A stretch of 63,885 nt of DNA, counting the filler, from Olpidium bornovanus S191 (Eukaryota; Fungi; Olpidiomycota), in the NCBI GenBank assembly GCA_017911155.1. It is 31 parts of 31 records of this genome, joined end to end, with 100 filler letters (N's around TTAATTAATTAA, not from the genome) between each part and the next. Parts side by side here need not be neighbours in the genome. Positions count along the whole stretch, not along the records: positions 13,046 to 14,198 come from JAEFCI010009007.1; positions 14,299 to 16,657 come from JAEFCI010000344.1; positions 16,758 to 17,974 come from JAEFCI010013316.1; positions 18,075 to 20,846 come from JAEFCI010006407.1; positions 20,947 to 22,375 come from JAEFCI010008897.1; positions 22,476 to 24,983 come from JAEFCI010000758.1; 25 more parts are not named here. One strand, 5' to 3'. Positions 12,946 through 24,372 of the stretch are shown piece by piece. Position 1 is the stretch's first letter, and each line of letters begins with the position of its first letter. Below the pieces are notes generated by a model. It was not told where the DNA came from and did no database searches. It worked only from the letters and a program-made list of their open reading frames with translations. The translations under genes were made by a program, and so were the position numbers.

Positions 12946-13045
12946 NNNNNNNNNNNNNNNNNNNNNNNNNNNNNNNNNNNNNNNNNNNNTTAATTAATTA
13001 ANNNNNNNNNNNNNNNNNNNNNNNNNNNNNNNNNNNNNNNNNNNN

Positions 13046-13640
13046 CATGGGCATCGACCGCGTGACGACCTGCGCGGTGTGTCCCAACGAAGGAGACGGG
13101 ATCAGGATGGAACCCGCGCGGACGGCCGCCTGGACCCGCGTGGGCGCGAGGCCGAGGTCGTCTGAGGGTCCGCAGCGGCGCAAGAAACCAAATGGTTGCG
13201 TGCCGTGGCCAAGCAGATCGACGAAAATATCTTCGACAAGGCGAGCTGCCTCTGGATAGACAACGACGGGGCCGCGGAATTAGCCTCCAACGCAAAAATA
13301 TCTTCAACGTCCAAGCATATCGACGTAATGTATCACCACCTTCGGCAATGTGCCACGGAAGGCGCCATAAAGATCGAACGCGTCACTTTGGCAGAGAACG
13401 CGGCAAACATTTTCGCCAAACTTTTGGATAAGGTGAAATTCGTCAAGTTCCGAGGGATGGTCGGGGTAAGACCCGTCACGGCCATGGGCGAGCAGAATCA
13501 AACGTAAAACTGCCAAGGGGCAGCAGAGAGATTTCATAGTTTTTCGGGCAGGCGTGGGCAATGGCGCGCCCAGTGAGGCGGGGGATAGAATTAAAGGGGG
13601 GGGGGGGGGGGGGGGGCTGAGCAGTGGACGCACTGCCCGC
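13046..13640 (+). mobile_element. Ty1/copia RNase H C-terminus plus probable PPT and 3' LTR start
   Basis: AAQETKWLR..LWIDNDGAAELASNAKISSTSKHIDVMYHHLRQ..ENAANIFAKLL ends at 13507. It is followed by TTAAAG(n) and then TG at 13618. Confidence 0.88.
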
Positions 13641-14298
13641 ACCAGCCCGCGTTAGATTCCTTAGTCGCAGCCATATAAAATATGGCCAGGAAAAACCAGA
13701 AAACATACGCCCCGAATACAGTTCTCCTTTCTTTCTCGTCCTTTCGGGCTCGCGGTGTACGCTGCACCTTCGCCTTCTTCTTCGGCTCTGCTCCAACAGT
13801 CTACCCACCCTCTTCCCCCTTCTCTTCCTCCCCGTCAAAAAAAATCCGTTCGAATCTCCTCCGGCGGCCGTCGTGGGCGAAAAGTCCGGGCGAAGAAAAC
13901 AAAAAAAGTAACGGCGGTCTCCCTCTCTTCAGGCATCCTTTCACCCCGCCGTACGGCACAAACGTCGGGAGCGGGAGCAAGGAAGTGGAAAAAAAAAGAA
14001 TGGAGCGCCGTCAGAACCGCGCCGGTCGCGCCGACGCCGCCCCGCCTGCGAATCTTGATCCCCTCCCCCTCGCCTTTCAACCTCTCGGGGCGTCGCGAAG
14101 AAATAAAAAATGGTGACTTCGTCTGGCAAAAACCGCCAACGAGACGCGGCCGAGGAGAAAAGAAAAAAAAAAAAAAAAATAAAAAAAAAAACCCCCCCNN
14201 NNNNNNNNNNNNNNNNNNNNNNNNNNNNNNNNNNNNNNNNNNTTAATTAATTAANNNNNNNNNNNNNNNNNNNNNNNNNNNNNNNNNNNNNNNNNNNN

Positions 14299-16308
14299 CA
14301 TGCTTGACGGCGATATCCACCGTCATCGTTGGCTCCGCGTGAAGGCCGTTAGGAGCGCCGCTCAAGCGATTACCAGGTTGGCGCAAACGCCGCCGTGGTT
14401 CAGGCAGGCGATTGCATCCATTCTTTCCTGGATATCACCCCCTTCTCGACATCCATTACGCCACGGGTGGCGCAGGCTGCCATATCTTTGAGTGACGCGT
14501 CCCGCTTTTGCAGAACCACCATACCCGCCTCCGTGCGCTCGCGGAGCTCTTTTAGCTTTACCTGCAGAGAACTAAAACACCCGGCAGTCAGTCACCTTCA
14601 AAATGACGCGGCATAGTGTCCTTTTTGCTCTTGCAACACATACGTCCCAAACGACGCCACCATTCGCTCAAGCACTGTGTTGATACACTCCTTTTGCCCT
14701 AAAGACGAAATCTCCGGCATAAACAATTGGCAAAGACGTTCGAACGAGATATTTGCGGGTACGACCAAGCGCACCGTTGACAATGGCGACCATTTCTTCT
14801 AGAGAAGGGCCTGCCGGGGGATTCACCTGGTTGCGCCGGGGGATTACGGTTCCCTCCTTCGACCCGCGCGCACAATTTTTTTTGACTTCGTGTGTACTGT
14901 TCTCTTGCTCCGCGTGATCTTTGACCGAAAGGACGTCGACGTTAGTCCGGCCGAAGGAGCAGGTGCCGCGACGACCCGTGCTGGCCTGACATTTTCCGAC
15001 AATCACAAGCCCCGCATGAGCGTCAGGACTAGTGTCGCGCTGAACTAATTCTTGGCACGGCGTTTGTGACGTTAATGCTTTTGACGCGTATACCCCGTAA
15101 AGGCTGGTCGATACAGAGATGCATACCCCCCGCACCCCCTCCGGTGGAAGATCGTCGAAGACGTTGGTCGTTGGACACCTCGTCAAGGCCAGCGGGATCC
15201 GTCCCTGCCAAAACGCCATCAGCAACTTGGCGCTCGTCTGTACGATCTTGGCTGAAGGAGCGTCGCGCAGCCAGTCTCAGCGGGATCGAGGCTTGCGCCT
15301 GCACGTCGGAAAAGTAGGAATTGTAGAAATCATCCTCGAAGTAGTCGTCGCAGTAGTATTGGCTTTGAAAATCTAGGTCAATGTAGTCCTGGCTTTTTTC
15401 GGCGGACCCGGTTTTCCTCGCGGAACCCACCGCCAGGCTATCCTGGCCAACAACCACTAGCGAAGGAACGTCGTCTTCGCGAATTTTATCTCCCCTGAGG
15501 CCGACGGGCGATGGGACGGTTCTGCCGGCACTGCGCTGACGCTCGGAACTTGCCTTGCACCGGAAAAAACAAATGTTTGACCACAATTTATGCGCGTAGT
15601 TTAGCAGGGAAGGATGCGTCTGTCAGAGTTTTTGGCGAGAATCTTGGCTCCGCAACATACATCTTTGGCCAGCCCCGCTTCTTGAGCTCGTTTTTTGAGC
15701 TCAGCGACCTCCGATGGCGCGAGGCTCTGCCTAGGGGCGGACTTCACGTTGCCGAAGCTGGCGAATCCTCGTCGATTCAGCGGCTTGCGAGCGGTAGGCT
15801 GCTGTTGGGACGGGGCCCCGCTGCCGTCCTGCTTTCGGCCGCCCTGGGCGGACGGGCTGCGACGAGCCCCGCCAATCCCGTCCGCCAGGATCGCGTCTCC
15901 TCTGGTGTCGACAGTCGGCATATCCTCGTCGTCGCTCATCGCCCTGTGCCGCTTCCTGTTCTTAGGGGTGTAGAGAGGCGCCTCGAAGTCGTCGTCCTCA
16001 TTTGTGCCGGCAGCGCCAGCGCCGCCTTTGCCGTCGTCGCCGCGCCCGGTAGCGCCGCCCCGTTTTCCGCTGACGTCGCTGCGCATCGCTCTTGAACCGA
16101 GAGGCCTCTCCCGGGCGTCGGCGTCGCCTTTCTGTCCGCAAGAACTCGCGCCCTGCGCAGCGTCGGCAAAGCCGCCAGGATCGGAGAAAGGGGCCTTGAG
16201 AAACCCCTCTTCGTCGACGGCGGGCGTCGCGGGTCGCGCCCGGAACGGCGTGGGACCCGGTCGGGCAGCGCTGAATTTGGAAACCGCCGCGGCAGCTTTC
16301 GGCGGCAT
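14299..16308 (-). CDS. Hypothetical multi-exon protein with a disordered N-terminus, 3'-partial
   Basis: 235-aa first exon starting MPPKAAAAV, then further long open frames (185 aa each) with plausible splice sites. No family recognised. Confidence 0.5.
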
Positions 16309-16440
16309 CCCTCGAATTGCCGACTCAGGTGGCCCGTTGATCCTCTCGCCCTCGGCGCCCCTTCGCGCCCCGGTTTCAAAAAGCGGGTCCCCGGGGAGTT
16401 TGGTTAGTTCTCAGTAACCGGCACTGGCACACGCGCGCGC

Positions 16441-16461
16441 AAACACAAACACACACACACG

Positions 16462-16526
<65 letters not shown>

Positions 16527-16580
16527 GCGCATAAGCGCACCCACAAGCGCATAAGCGCACACACAAGCGCATAAGCGCGC
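16441..16580. repeat. (CA)n microsatellite followed by 3 x 20-bp tandem repeat
   Basis: (CA)n spans about 16441-16524. Units acacaagcgcataagcgcac start at 16521, 16541 and 16561. Confidence 0.93.
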
Positions 16581-16757
16581 ACTCAATCATTCTCACCCGC
16601 ACAGGCGGTCTCACACGTGCCCGCAACAGTTCACTTATCCCCAAACCGAGCGTCAAANNNNNNNNNNNNNNNNNNNNNNNNNNNNNNNNNNNNNNNNNNN
16701 NTTAATTAATTAANNNNNNNNNNNNNNNNNNNNNNNNNNNNNNNNNNNNNNNNNNNN

Positions 16758-17974
16758 CATGAGTATCAGCGCCGTGGAAGCAGTGAAGGAGTTTGAGCAG
16801 GAAGAAAAGCAGCGGCGTGCCGAGGCACTCCGGCGGATCGAAAGCGTCAAGGCCTTGGAAACAGTGAATACGTTTGAGCAGGAAGAAAACGAGAAGCGTG
16901 CTGAGGCGCTTCGGCAGATAGAGAGTATCCACGCTTTAGAAGCGCTAAAGGCGTTCGATCAGGAAGAAGACGAGAGGCGTGCCGCGAAACTTCAACGGAT
17001 TGAGAGTACTCGTGCCTTGGAGGCGGGGAAGGCGTTTGAGCAGGATAAAAGCGAGAGGTGCGCTGAGCTTCGGCGGAAGGAGAGCGTCCGCAGCTTGGGC
17101 AAGCCGAGTGTGGTTGACCAAGAGGAAAACGAGCGGCACGCCGAGGCTCTTCGGCGGGCCGAATGCGTCCGCGCCGCGGAAACGCCAAGGGCTTTGGAGT
17201 ACGGGGGAAACGAGAAGAGCGCGGCCGAAGCGTTGCGAAGAGCCGAGGAAGGATCTCCGCCGGAAAGCAAACTGGAACGCCGAGAGGCGGCGGAACGCCA
17301 AGCGGCGCTCGACTCCGCCCTGCAACGCGCGGAAACCGCGGCGGAGCTGCAGGCGCTTGGGGCGATTGGCTGCGACGGGGAACAGCGGATCGCCGGAGAA
17401 ATGGCGGATGATCTAAGGCGCGGGGAGAGCGTTTCTGCTTTCCAAGCTTTGACCGAGTACGAACAAGAGCAGGAGGACCTGGCGGCGGAGCGCGCGGCGG
17501 CCGAGAAGGCGGAAGCAGCAAGGAGAGCGGAGGAGGCGTTGAAGAGGGCGGCGAGCAGAGCGACCCTGGAAGCGCGGCAGAATTTTGAAAGAGAACGCCA
17601 AGAGGCGGCAGAGCGAGAGGCGCTTGCGGAGCAATTGGAGGGCGAGGAAAACGCCGCAGCGCTGCAAGCGTTAAAGGAATTTGAGCGTGAAGAGGAGCAG
17701 CGGCGCGCGACGGCGCTGGCAGAGGGCCTGGCCCGCACAGATACCGTCGCATCGCTTCAGGCATTAGCCCAGTTCGAAGCTGAGCAGGACGAGTTCGCAG
17801 CTAGGAACGCGGCCGCGGCGCTGAAAAGGGCCGCAAGCGAGGCGGCCGCACTTGCCCTTCAGGATCTCTTGCAAAAGCGTCCAGCTCCCGTCCCCGACGT
17901 TTCCGCTTTCGAAGGTAACGAAACGCTCAACGACCCCAACCTCAGCCCTGCCTTTTATTTTGCTGATCCCCATG
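16758..17974 (+). CDS. Orphan charged alpha-helical protein with ~27-aa tandem repeats (partial)
   Basis: The open frame spans the whole contig and contains repeated ALEAxKxFEQEExERRAEALRRIESxx units. Confidence 0.8.
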
Positions 17975-18074
17975 NNNNNNNNNNNNNNNNNNNNNNNNNN
18001 NNNNNNNNNNNNNNNNNNTTAATTAATTAANNNNNNNNNNNNNNNNNNNNNNNNNNNNNNNNNNNNNNNNNNNN

Positions 18075-20645
18075 AACCCGTGCGAACCGCCGGGCGGGCC
18101 GCACCAACCCCCCCCCCCCCCCCCCCCCCCCTCCCCCCCCCCCCCCCCCCTTCCCACCTCTCGCCTTCGAATTTTCGACGGGCGCGGCGTGGGCGGCGAA
18201 TGCTGGGCTGCGAGCAGGAGGGCCGCCCGGCCGGCGCTCGGCCGGAAAATCCGGCCCGTCCGTCGCCCACCGGCGCGATCGAGCGCCGGCTGCACCGGCT
18301 GCTGTTCGGCGTCGTCGCCGCCGCCGCCGTAGGTCCGTTTCGGCGCCCGTTCACAAAGGACGGAAAAAAAAAAAAAAAAAGCGCGCTCGGTTCCAGAAAT
18401 GCTCAAAAAAAAAGGCGGCGTCCCAAACGCAGCGCTGCAGGCGTACCGTCAGCACGCCTCCGGGATTCGCGTGCACAGCGTCGACGTTCGGCAGGCGAGC
18501 GTCGCCGCAGACGAAGGTTGGATCGAGGCAAAAAGGCTTTCCGCCGTCCGTCCGTCTTTTCTTGGTGTTTTTTTTTTTTCTTTTTCTGGAAGAGCGCGTG
18601 AGGGGAGAAGGTGGAGAGGAAACGGGTTTTCTGATGAAAGAAGGCGGGGTCGCAACGACTCGGTTGCCAGGCAGCCGCGAGGACGACGGGTTTGAGCACT
18701 TGGACCGGAATTTCATCGCGAGCGGTACGGCCCCGTCCCCGTTGTCGCCCGGGCTTGCGGAACGGCGCCGCCGGCCGGCGCGTCTGCGCAGACGCGGCTT
18801 GAGATTTTTCGTTCTCCGTTTTTTTCAGGTCCGGATGTCTACTTCGCTTGGATGTCCCCGGCGGAGGCGTTCGGGCCGCGGGAGTTCCGGGTGTTCGAGA
18901 GCTACCTGTACCACCACCCGGACGCCCGGGCGACGGTGTTCGCGAAGCACCTTCCGCCCGGGCATTTCCGGCGCTACGCGGACGCCGGGTACGACGTCCG
19001 GCTGCGGCGGGTCGACTCCGCGCTGCTGCGGAGGCTGGGCGAGGACGGCGGGTGCCGGCCCGGGCTCCGGGCCGAAGGCGGCGCGGGGCGGGACTCGGAC
19101 GCCCGGGCCGCGGCGTTCATCCGCTTCTGCATGCTGCACAGCCGCGGCGGCTTCCTCGGCGACTTCGACACGGTCTTGATCCGGCCGCTGCGCCGGTGGC
19201 CGGGCGCCGCCGGGTCGGTCGTCGCCCTGGCGCGGCGGCCGCCGGGCGACCGCTGCGGCTGGTGCCTGCCCGGCGGCAACTCGCACCTGACGGCGTCGCT
19301 GGCCGGGTCCGGGCGAGGCTCGGCGCTGAGCGGGAACGCCATGCGCCTCGTCGCCCTGGGCCCGGGCCCAGACCCTGGGGACCGGCCGCCTGGCGGTGCA
19401 GACGCCGTGGCCGCGGCGGCCCTGACGCGCGCCTACGCGCAGGATCCCAGGAACGTGACGGTCTGCGCGCGGCTGGTCGCGCAGCTCCCGCCCGCCGGAG
19501 ATCCGGGCCCGCGCGGTCATCCCGATCTCGAGCGGGTGAGGCGGACGTACCGCGCGCTCCGCCTTCCCGGCGGCCGGACGACGCCGGAAGCGGAAGCGGA
19601 AGCGGAAGCGGACCCGGAGCAGGGGGCGGCCGCGGAAGAGGCGCTGAGGGCTTTCGCCGTGCTCGCGGACGGCGGCGGCGGCGGCGGACCGGCGGCGGGC
19701 TCGGACGCCGCCGCGTCCGGCCGGATCAGAGGACCGGAATATCTCGGGGTGAACAAGCGGTTTTCCCTCGTCGGCGGGATCCGGCTGGTCCCTCCGCGGG
19801 AGCCCGAGCCGGGCCCGGCGGTGCTGAAATACAAGGTCACCGCGGTGGCGAAGCGCGGCCGGCTCCGCCTGCTGCAGGACCCGGAGCCGGCGTCGCGGAT
19901 GCTGACGTTCGAGGGCCCGTCGCCGCGGCACGTCAACCGGCAGCTGGCCGCGCTCGCCTACCGCGCGGGCGAGGGCGGCAGCGACTGCGTCCGCGTCGAA
20001 GCCTTCGCCGAGCTGCCCGGCGCCGTCCGGTCCCTCGGGACGCTCAGAACGAAGCTGTACCACGTGCAGGAGCTGGCGACCGTCGTCGTCCGCACCGCGG
20101 GTCGGATGGACAGGGTGTTCAGCGTCGCGGGCCGCGTGCAGGAACACTACCCGGGCGTGCGGGTCGTCGCGGCCGACTTTTCGCCGCCGGAACCGGCGGG
20201 CGCGGCGCGGCGGCTGCGGAACGGCCTGGTGCACCTGCCGCTGCCTCCGCGGCCGCCCGCCGCCGCCGCAAAGCTCCTGATGGCCGTGGTCGAGACGGAA
20301 TACGTGCTGTTCGTGAGCGACGCCGACGTCTCCATGGACGCGCGGGGCGACGTGCCCCGGCTGCTCCACGAGCTGGAGGCGCGCGGGCTAGACGCCGTGG
20401 CGGCCTGGTACGAGCGGACCGCCGGGAGCGGCGTCGGAGCCGGCGATCCGGACCCGCCGGACGGAGCCGAGCCCGACTTCTTCCTCGCCGGGGCCGCGCG
20501 CATGCGCGCGTTGGAGTACGCGGACGGCCGCGCCGCGTCGCAGGGACGGCGCCGTTACCCGCTGCAGCCGGCCGACGTCCTCGCCCAAGCGGAAGAGAAC
20601 GGTTGGAAGATAGGGAAAAGCCGCCTGCGCCCGTTTCTGGCCTAG
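18075..20645 (+). CDS. Two-domain glycosyltransferase: GT32-like (DXD) plus B4GALNT/GT12-like (GT-A), 5'-partial
   Basis: Main exon 18829-20645. N-terminal part: YFAW..FRVFESYLYHHPDARATVF..AFIRFCMLHSRGGFLGDFD. C-terminal part: [49 protein letters not shown] and RLLHELEARGLDAV. Confidence 0.8.
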
Positions 20646-20771
20646 CTCCTCGTTGGGTCCAGAGAGCGACGTGGTTTTTTTTTTCTCTCTCTTTCGTTTT
20701 TTTCTCCGTTTGCCGTTCTGGAAAAACGGCCCCCCTTCCCCTCCCAAATTCCGTCAGCCGTCGAGGTCAGC

Positions 20772-20836
<65 letters not shown>

Positions 20837-20946
20837 ACCCCCCAGCNNNNNNNNNNNNNNNNNNNNNNNNNNNNNNNNNNNNNNNNNNNNTTAATTAATT
20901 AANNNNNNNNNNNNNNNNNNNNNNNNNNNNNNNNNNNNNNNNNNNN

Positions 20947-21797
20947 CATGACAGCGAACGAGAACAGCATCAGAGGCGTAACCGTGCTGCCAAAAACCAC
21001 CTTCTCGCCGTAGGCGACCAGGATGATCGTCAGGTTCTGTAACAGCGCCAAATTGTTACCAACGTCAAAGTCACTAAATCGTTGGATTCGCCAGCTTCGA
21101 TAATTTCATCGTCCTCCTAGCGCACCTTGAAAATAGTGAACAGCGGAACCGTAAGGTACTGCAGACTACAGACACGAAGGTACGGCCTGTCAGCGCCAAG
21201 AAGTGCCCAGGGGTCGGAATCGCCGTGCCGACGCTAGTACCTCTTCCCGCCAGTATACAGCATGAGGGCCATTAGTGTACTGATAGGGAACCCTAGCAAG
21301 CAGACGAAAAAAGGTACACGCGTGAGCCTGTATCACGTAAATGCATAAGGATCGTTCGTTTCTCTTACATGTTTTTACATCCCTGAGATTTAACGACCTG
21401 CATTTGAGCATGCCAAGTGTGCCAAAGACCCGTATAAGCAAAACGCAAGCTGCTGCCTGTCATTTGGAGTGCACGTGTAAGTTAGGACAAGCTAGACAAA
21501 AAGGTCGGAGCCCAGCGTCTCCGCAACTCGATCTCGGCGTCACCATCAAAATAATTGTCTTTCAACCCGCCTGAATTGTCAACATGAGAAAGACTGGGTG
21601 ATGAGTGAAGCCTGAAAGGACGAATTTGTTGATCTACACAGTGTTGTTCAGGATGAGCGTCAGACAGGAGCATCCGAAAAAGGAAACCCCCCGGTGAGGG
21701 CAAAGCATACCAAAGTCATGAAGATGCTAGATACGCAGTAAGACAACAACGCCGGTATGCCCGCGTAGGGGCCCTTCTCGCTCGTGGTTGGTGACAT
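20947..21797 (-). CDS. VRG4: Golgi GDP-mannose transporter, 3'-partial
   Basis: LLSYCVSSIFMTL-INKFVLSG, LTVPLFTIFK and NLTIILVAYGEKVVFGSTVTPLMLFSFAVM match Vrg4/GONST motifs across GT-AG exons. Confidence 0.92.
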
Positions 21798-22559
21798 CGC
21801 GGTGAGATCTAGTAGTGCGTCGCGTGCGCTGTGACGCCCGAGGTTATCTGATTGAGAACAAGCGACTGTCGACTGTGAGGTCAGGACGATCTGTCTAGTA
21901 GCCGTTCCAAACGCAAACCTCCTTCTCCCTCCCTCCCTCCCTTCCTCCCTCCCTCCCTCTCTCCCTCTCTCTCTCTCTCTCTCCCCTCCAACTCTCTCAC
22001 TTTCGTTCTCTCTCTCCCGAAAGAGCTTTGAATGAAGTCCGCGTTCCCACAACTGGCAGCGACGGCCCTCGTTATCACAGCGGCCCAGCTATCACAAACT
22101 CAACTGTGGTGGGGGTTGCCCGCACTTGGATTTCGCACACCTCTTCCTCCACTGCCGGCAGTGTCCGTTGACGCTCCGCTCCGCGAGAGAGAGAAAGGGA
22201 GGGGGTTGGGCGTGGGGGAAGGAGGGGAAGATCTAATCCTCACCGTTGCGCGCAGCTTTTGTATCCCAAACACACAACGCCCCGACAGCGCTCCACGTTC
22301 CCTTTTTTTTTTTTTTTTTTTTTTTTTTCCGGGGGTCCCCCGGGGGCCCCCGCCCCCCCCCCCCCCCCACACACCNNNNNNNNNNNNNNNNNNNNNNNNN
22401 NNNNNNNNNNNNNNNNNNNTTAATTAATTAANNNNNNNNNNNNNNNNNNNNNNNNNNNNNNNNNNNNNNNNNNNNCGAGACTCTGGAGGTGGCGTTGGAA
22501 GTCGTGGGAAAGATATTCTCCTCCTCGATCGGAGCGGATGCTCTGCAGACGACGACCTG

Positions 22560-22964
22560 TCTGGCGTTCAGCAGCGGCCTGCATGGAAGGATGGCTGTAC
22601 GACAGATGAGCTTATTGCGTTGCGGCTCAGGCAGCTAGAAAGACGGGAAGTCGACCTTGAACGGGCTAAGGAGCGACTGGAGAAAGAACGGGAAATAGCA
22701 AAGGAGATGGTGGACTCAGCCCGAACGACACGAGAACAAACTATCGAACCCGGAGAATGGGTCTTAGTGCGGAATGATCGAATGTTCAAGGAGTTTCGGA
22801 CAGAGCAAAAACTCTTGCCTTGGTGTTTTGGGCCTTATGTTGTGGATGAAGTAAACCGAGACGCTCGAACTTACGTCCTTCGTGAGCTAGATGGAACCCG
22901 GTTAAAGACTCGATATTCGGGAACTCGGATCCGGCTGTTCCGCCGTCGAACGGGTGAGATGTGA
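22560..22964 (+). CDS. Gypsy pol integrase C-terminal (GPY/F-SH3-like) region, partial
   Basis: GEWVLVRNDR..KLLPWCFGPYVVDEV..TYVLRELDGTRL..RIRLF is typical of gypsy integrase tails. Confidence 0.85.
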   Translation, partial: SGVQQRPAWKDGCTTDELIALRLRQLERREVDLERAKERLEKEREIAKEMVDSARTTREQTIEPGEWVLVRNDRMFKEFRTEQKLLPWCFGPYVVDEVNRDARTYVLRELDGTRLKTRYSGTRIRLFRRRTGEM

Positions 22965-23508
22965 ACGGAACCGACGCAACTGGAGGCAAAGCTCAGCGAA
23001 GAAGACGAGTTGGGACGTGACGGAGAAGAAACAGACCTGCGCTCAAGAATGCACGACTAATACGTAACGAGCGTATTCGAACTACGACGCCCTGATTCCT
23101 TGTCGAGGATACGTAGGCAGTCTATGATCGTTGGATACCCATCGGGAGACGCGGGACAAATAAAAAAATCGTACAGCGTGGGACGTGGAAGATTGCCGGA
23201 GGACGCACTCGGGACCGGACCATACTCGCTCATCGACCACGTTTGCTGACAGTGCTATCTGCGGCGATATGGACGGTTAGGTCGATGAGAAGGAGTGTGG
23301 CGCCTCGAGGCTCCAATCGTCAGGTTGAAGGTGAGGAAGGGATGGCGGCGGTCTCGAATGAAGGAGGCAGGGTGACCAAGTTTCAACTACCAAATGCCAA
23401 GATCAAATTCCAAAACTTGAACTTGAAATTCCACCGTATTTACGTTTGATTTTTTTTTATTGTTTCGTTTCTCTCTGGAGGGAAGGAGAAAGGGGAGTGG
23501 CGTTGCGA

Positions 23509-24372
23509 CTATGGAACGGGCGGCATGTCAGCTGCTGCTGAGCCGGGAGCCGACGCGTTGCCACTGGAGGAAGACCCGCCAGGAGCAACGGTTGCCGAGG
23601 AAGACCCGCTGGCAGATGGCGTCGCGAGCGCGGCCACCGAGGAAGGCTCGCTGGTAGCAAGGGGCACGAGGACCGAAGAGGCGGAAGTCGACGACGGAAG
23701 AGCGACTGCGGCGGTTGTCCGCGACCGCGTGCTACGATGACTGCTGGGGGCGGTGGCGGTCGCGATCCTGCGACTTGTTGTAGAGGCGGAGGTGGAGCCG
23801 GATGTTGCCAGGGCAGGCGCGTGTCTGGTCGTCGACGTAGAGGCGTGGCTGGCGCGAGCTTGCGACCGTGTGACGCGATCCGACGGGGGAGGAGCACCCT
23901 CTTCCCTGCCGCCTCCCTCAGGATTGTCGTCGTCGTCGCGCGGAACGTCCCGCCAAATGTCTGAGAAGAGAAAATTTTGTGAGCATGTTTGGCCCTGGTC
24001 GACCCGGGACATGTCGAGGAGAGGATGCTCTCGTGCGACCGCGAGCCGACGGAGAAAATTATAGGATTCAGCGCTTTGATGGGGCTCCGGGAACCAAGAG
24101 TTCCGGGCGCGGGGAGAAAGGGCTGCAGGGGCATCGTCTGCGAGCTCGGCGTCTGGCTGCGGCAGAGAGACCGGGTGCATGAGGACGCGAACCTGAGTAT
24201 AACTGTCGTCGGCGACGGGAGGGAGGCGCGGATTGTAGTCGCGATCTTCAGGGCCGCCGGGGCCACAATACTGCGTGTCTGACGGCAAGAACAGGAATTC
24301 CAGATCGCGAGGATCTTCGGGAAGCCAAAAGGAGGCTGGCCAATTCATGACCTGGAGGAAGGCGTCAATCAT
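23509..24372 (-). CDS. Unknown-family protein (copy 1), antisense within the gypsy element
   Basis: 287-aa ORF. Its first ~150 aa align by eye with 49653-50771; the C-terminus is S/A/T/P-rich. Confidence 0.75.
   Translation of the reverse strand: MIDAFLQVMNWPASFWLPEDPRDLEFLFLPSDTQYCGPGGPEDRDYNPRLPPVADDSYTQVRVLMHPVSLPQPDAELADDAPAALSPRARNSWFPEPHQSAESYNFLRRLAVAREHPLLDMSRVDQGQTCSQNFLFSDIWRDVPRDDDDNPEGGGREEGAPPPSDRVTRSQARASHASTSTTRHAPALATSGSTSASTTSRRIATATAPSSHRSTRSRTTAAVALPSSTSASSVLVPLATSEPSSVAALATPSASGSSSATVAPGGSSSSGNASAPGSAAADMPPVP

Noticed and set aside
11850-13640. One copia element spanning 11850-13640
   Set aside because: The pieces are on opposite strands, both contain RNase H, and a linker separates them, so they are independent copies.
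18075-21797. Apparent glycosylation cluster (glycosyltransferase next to GDP-mannose transporter)
   Set aside because: The two genes are on different contigs separated by a linker (20847-20946), so adjacency is not evidence of linkage.
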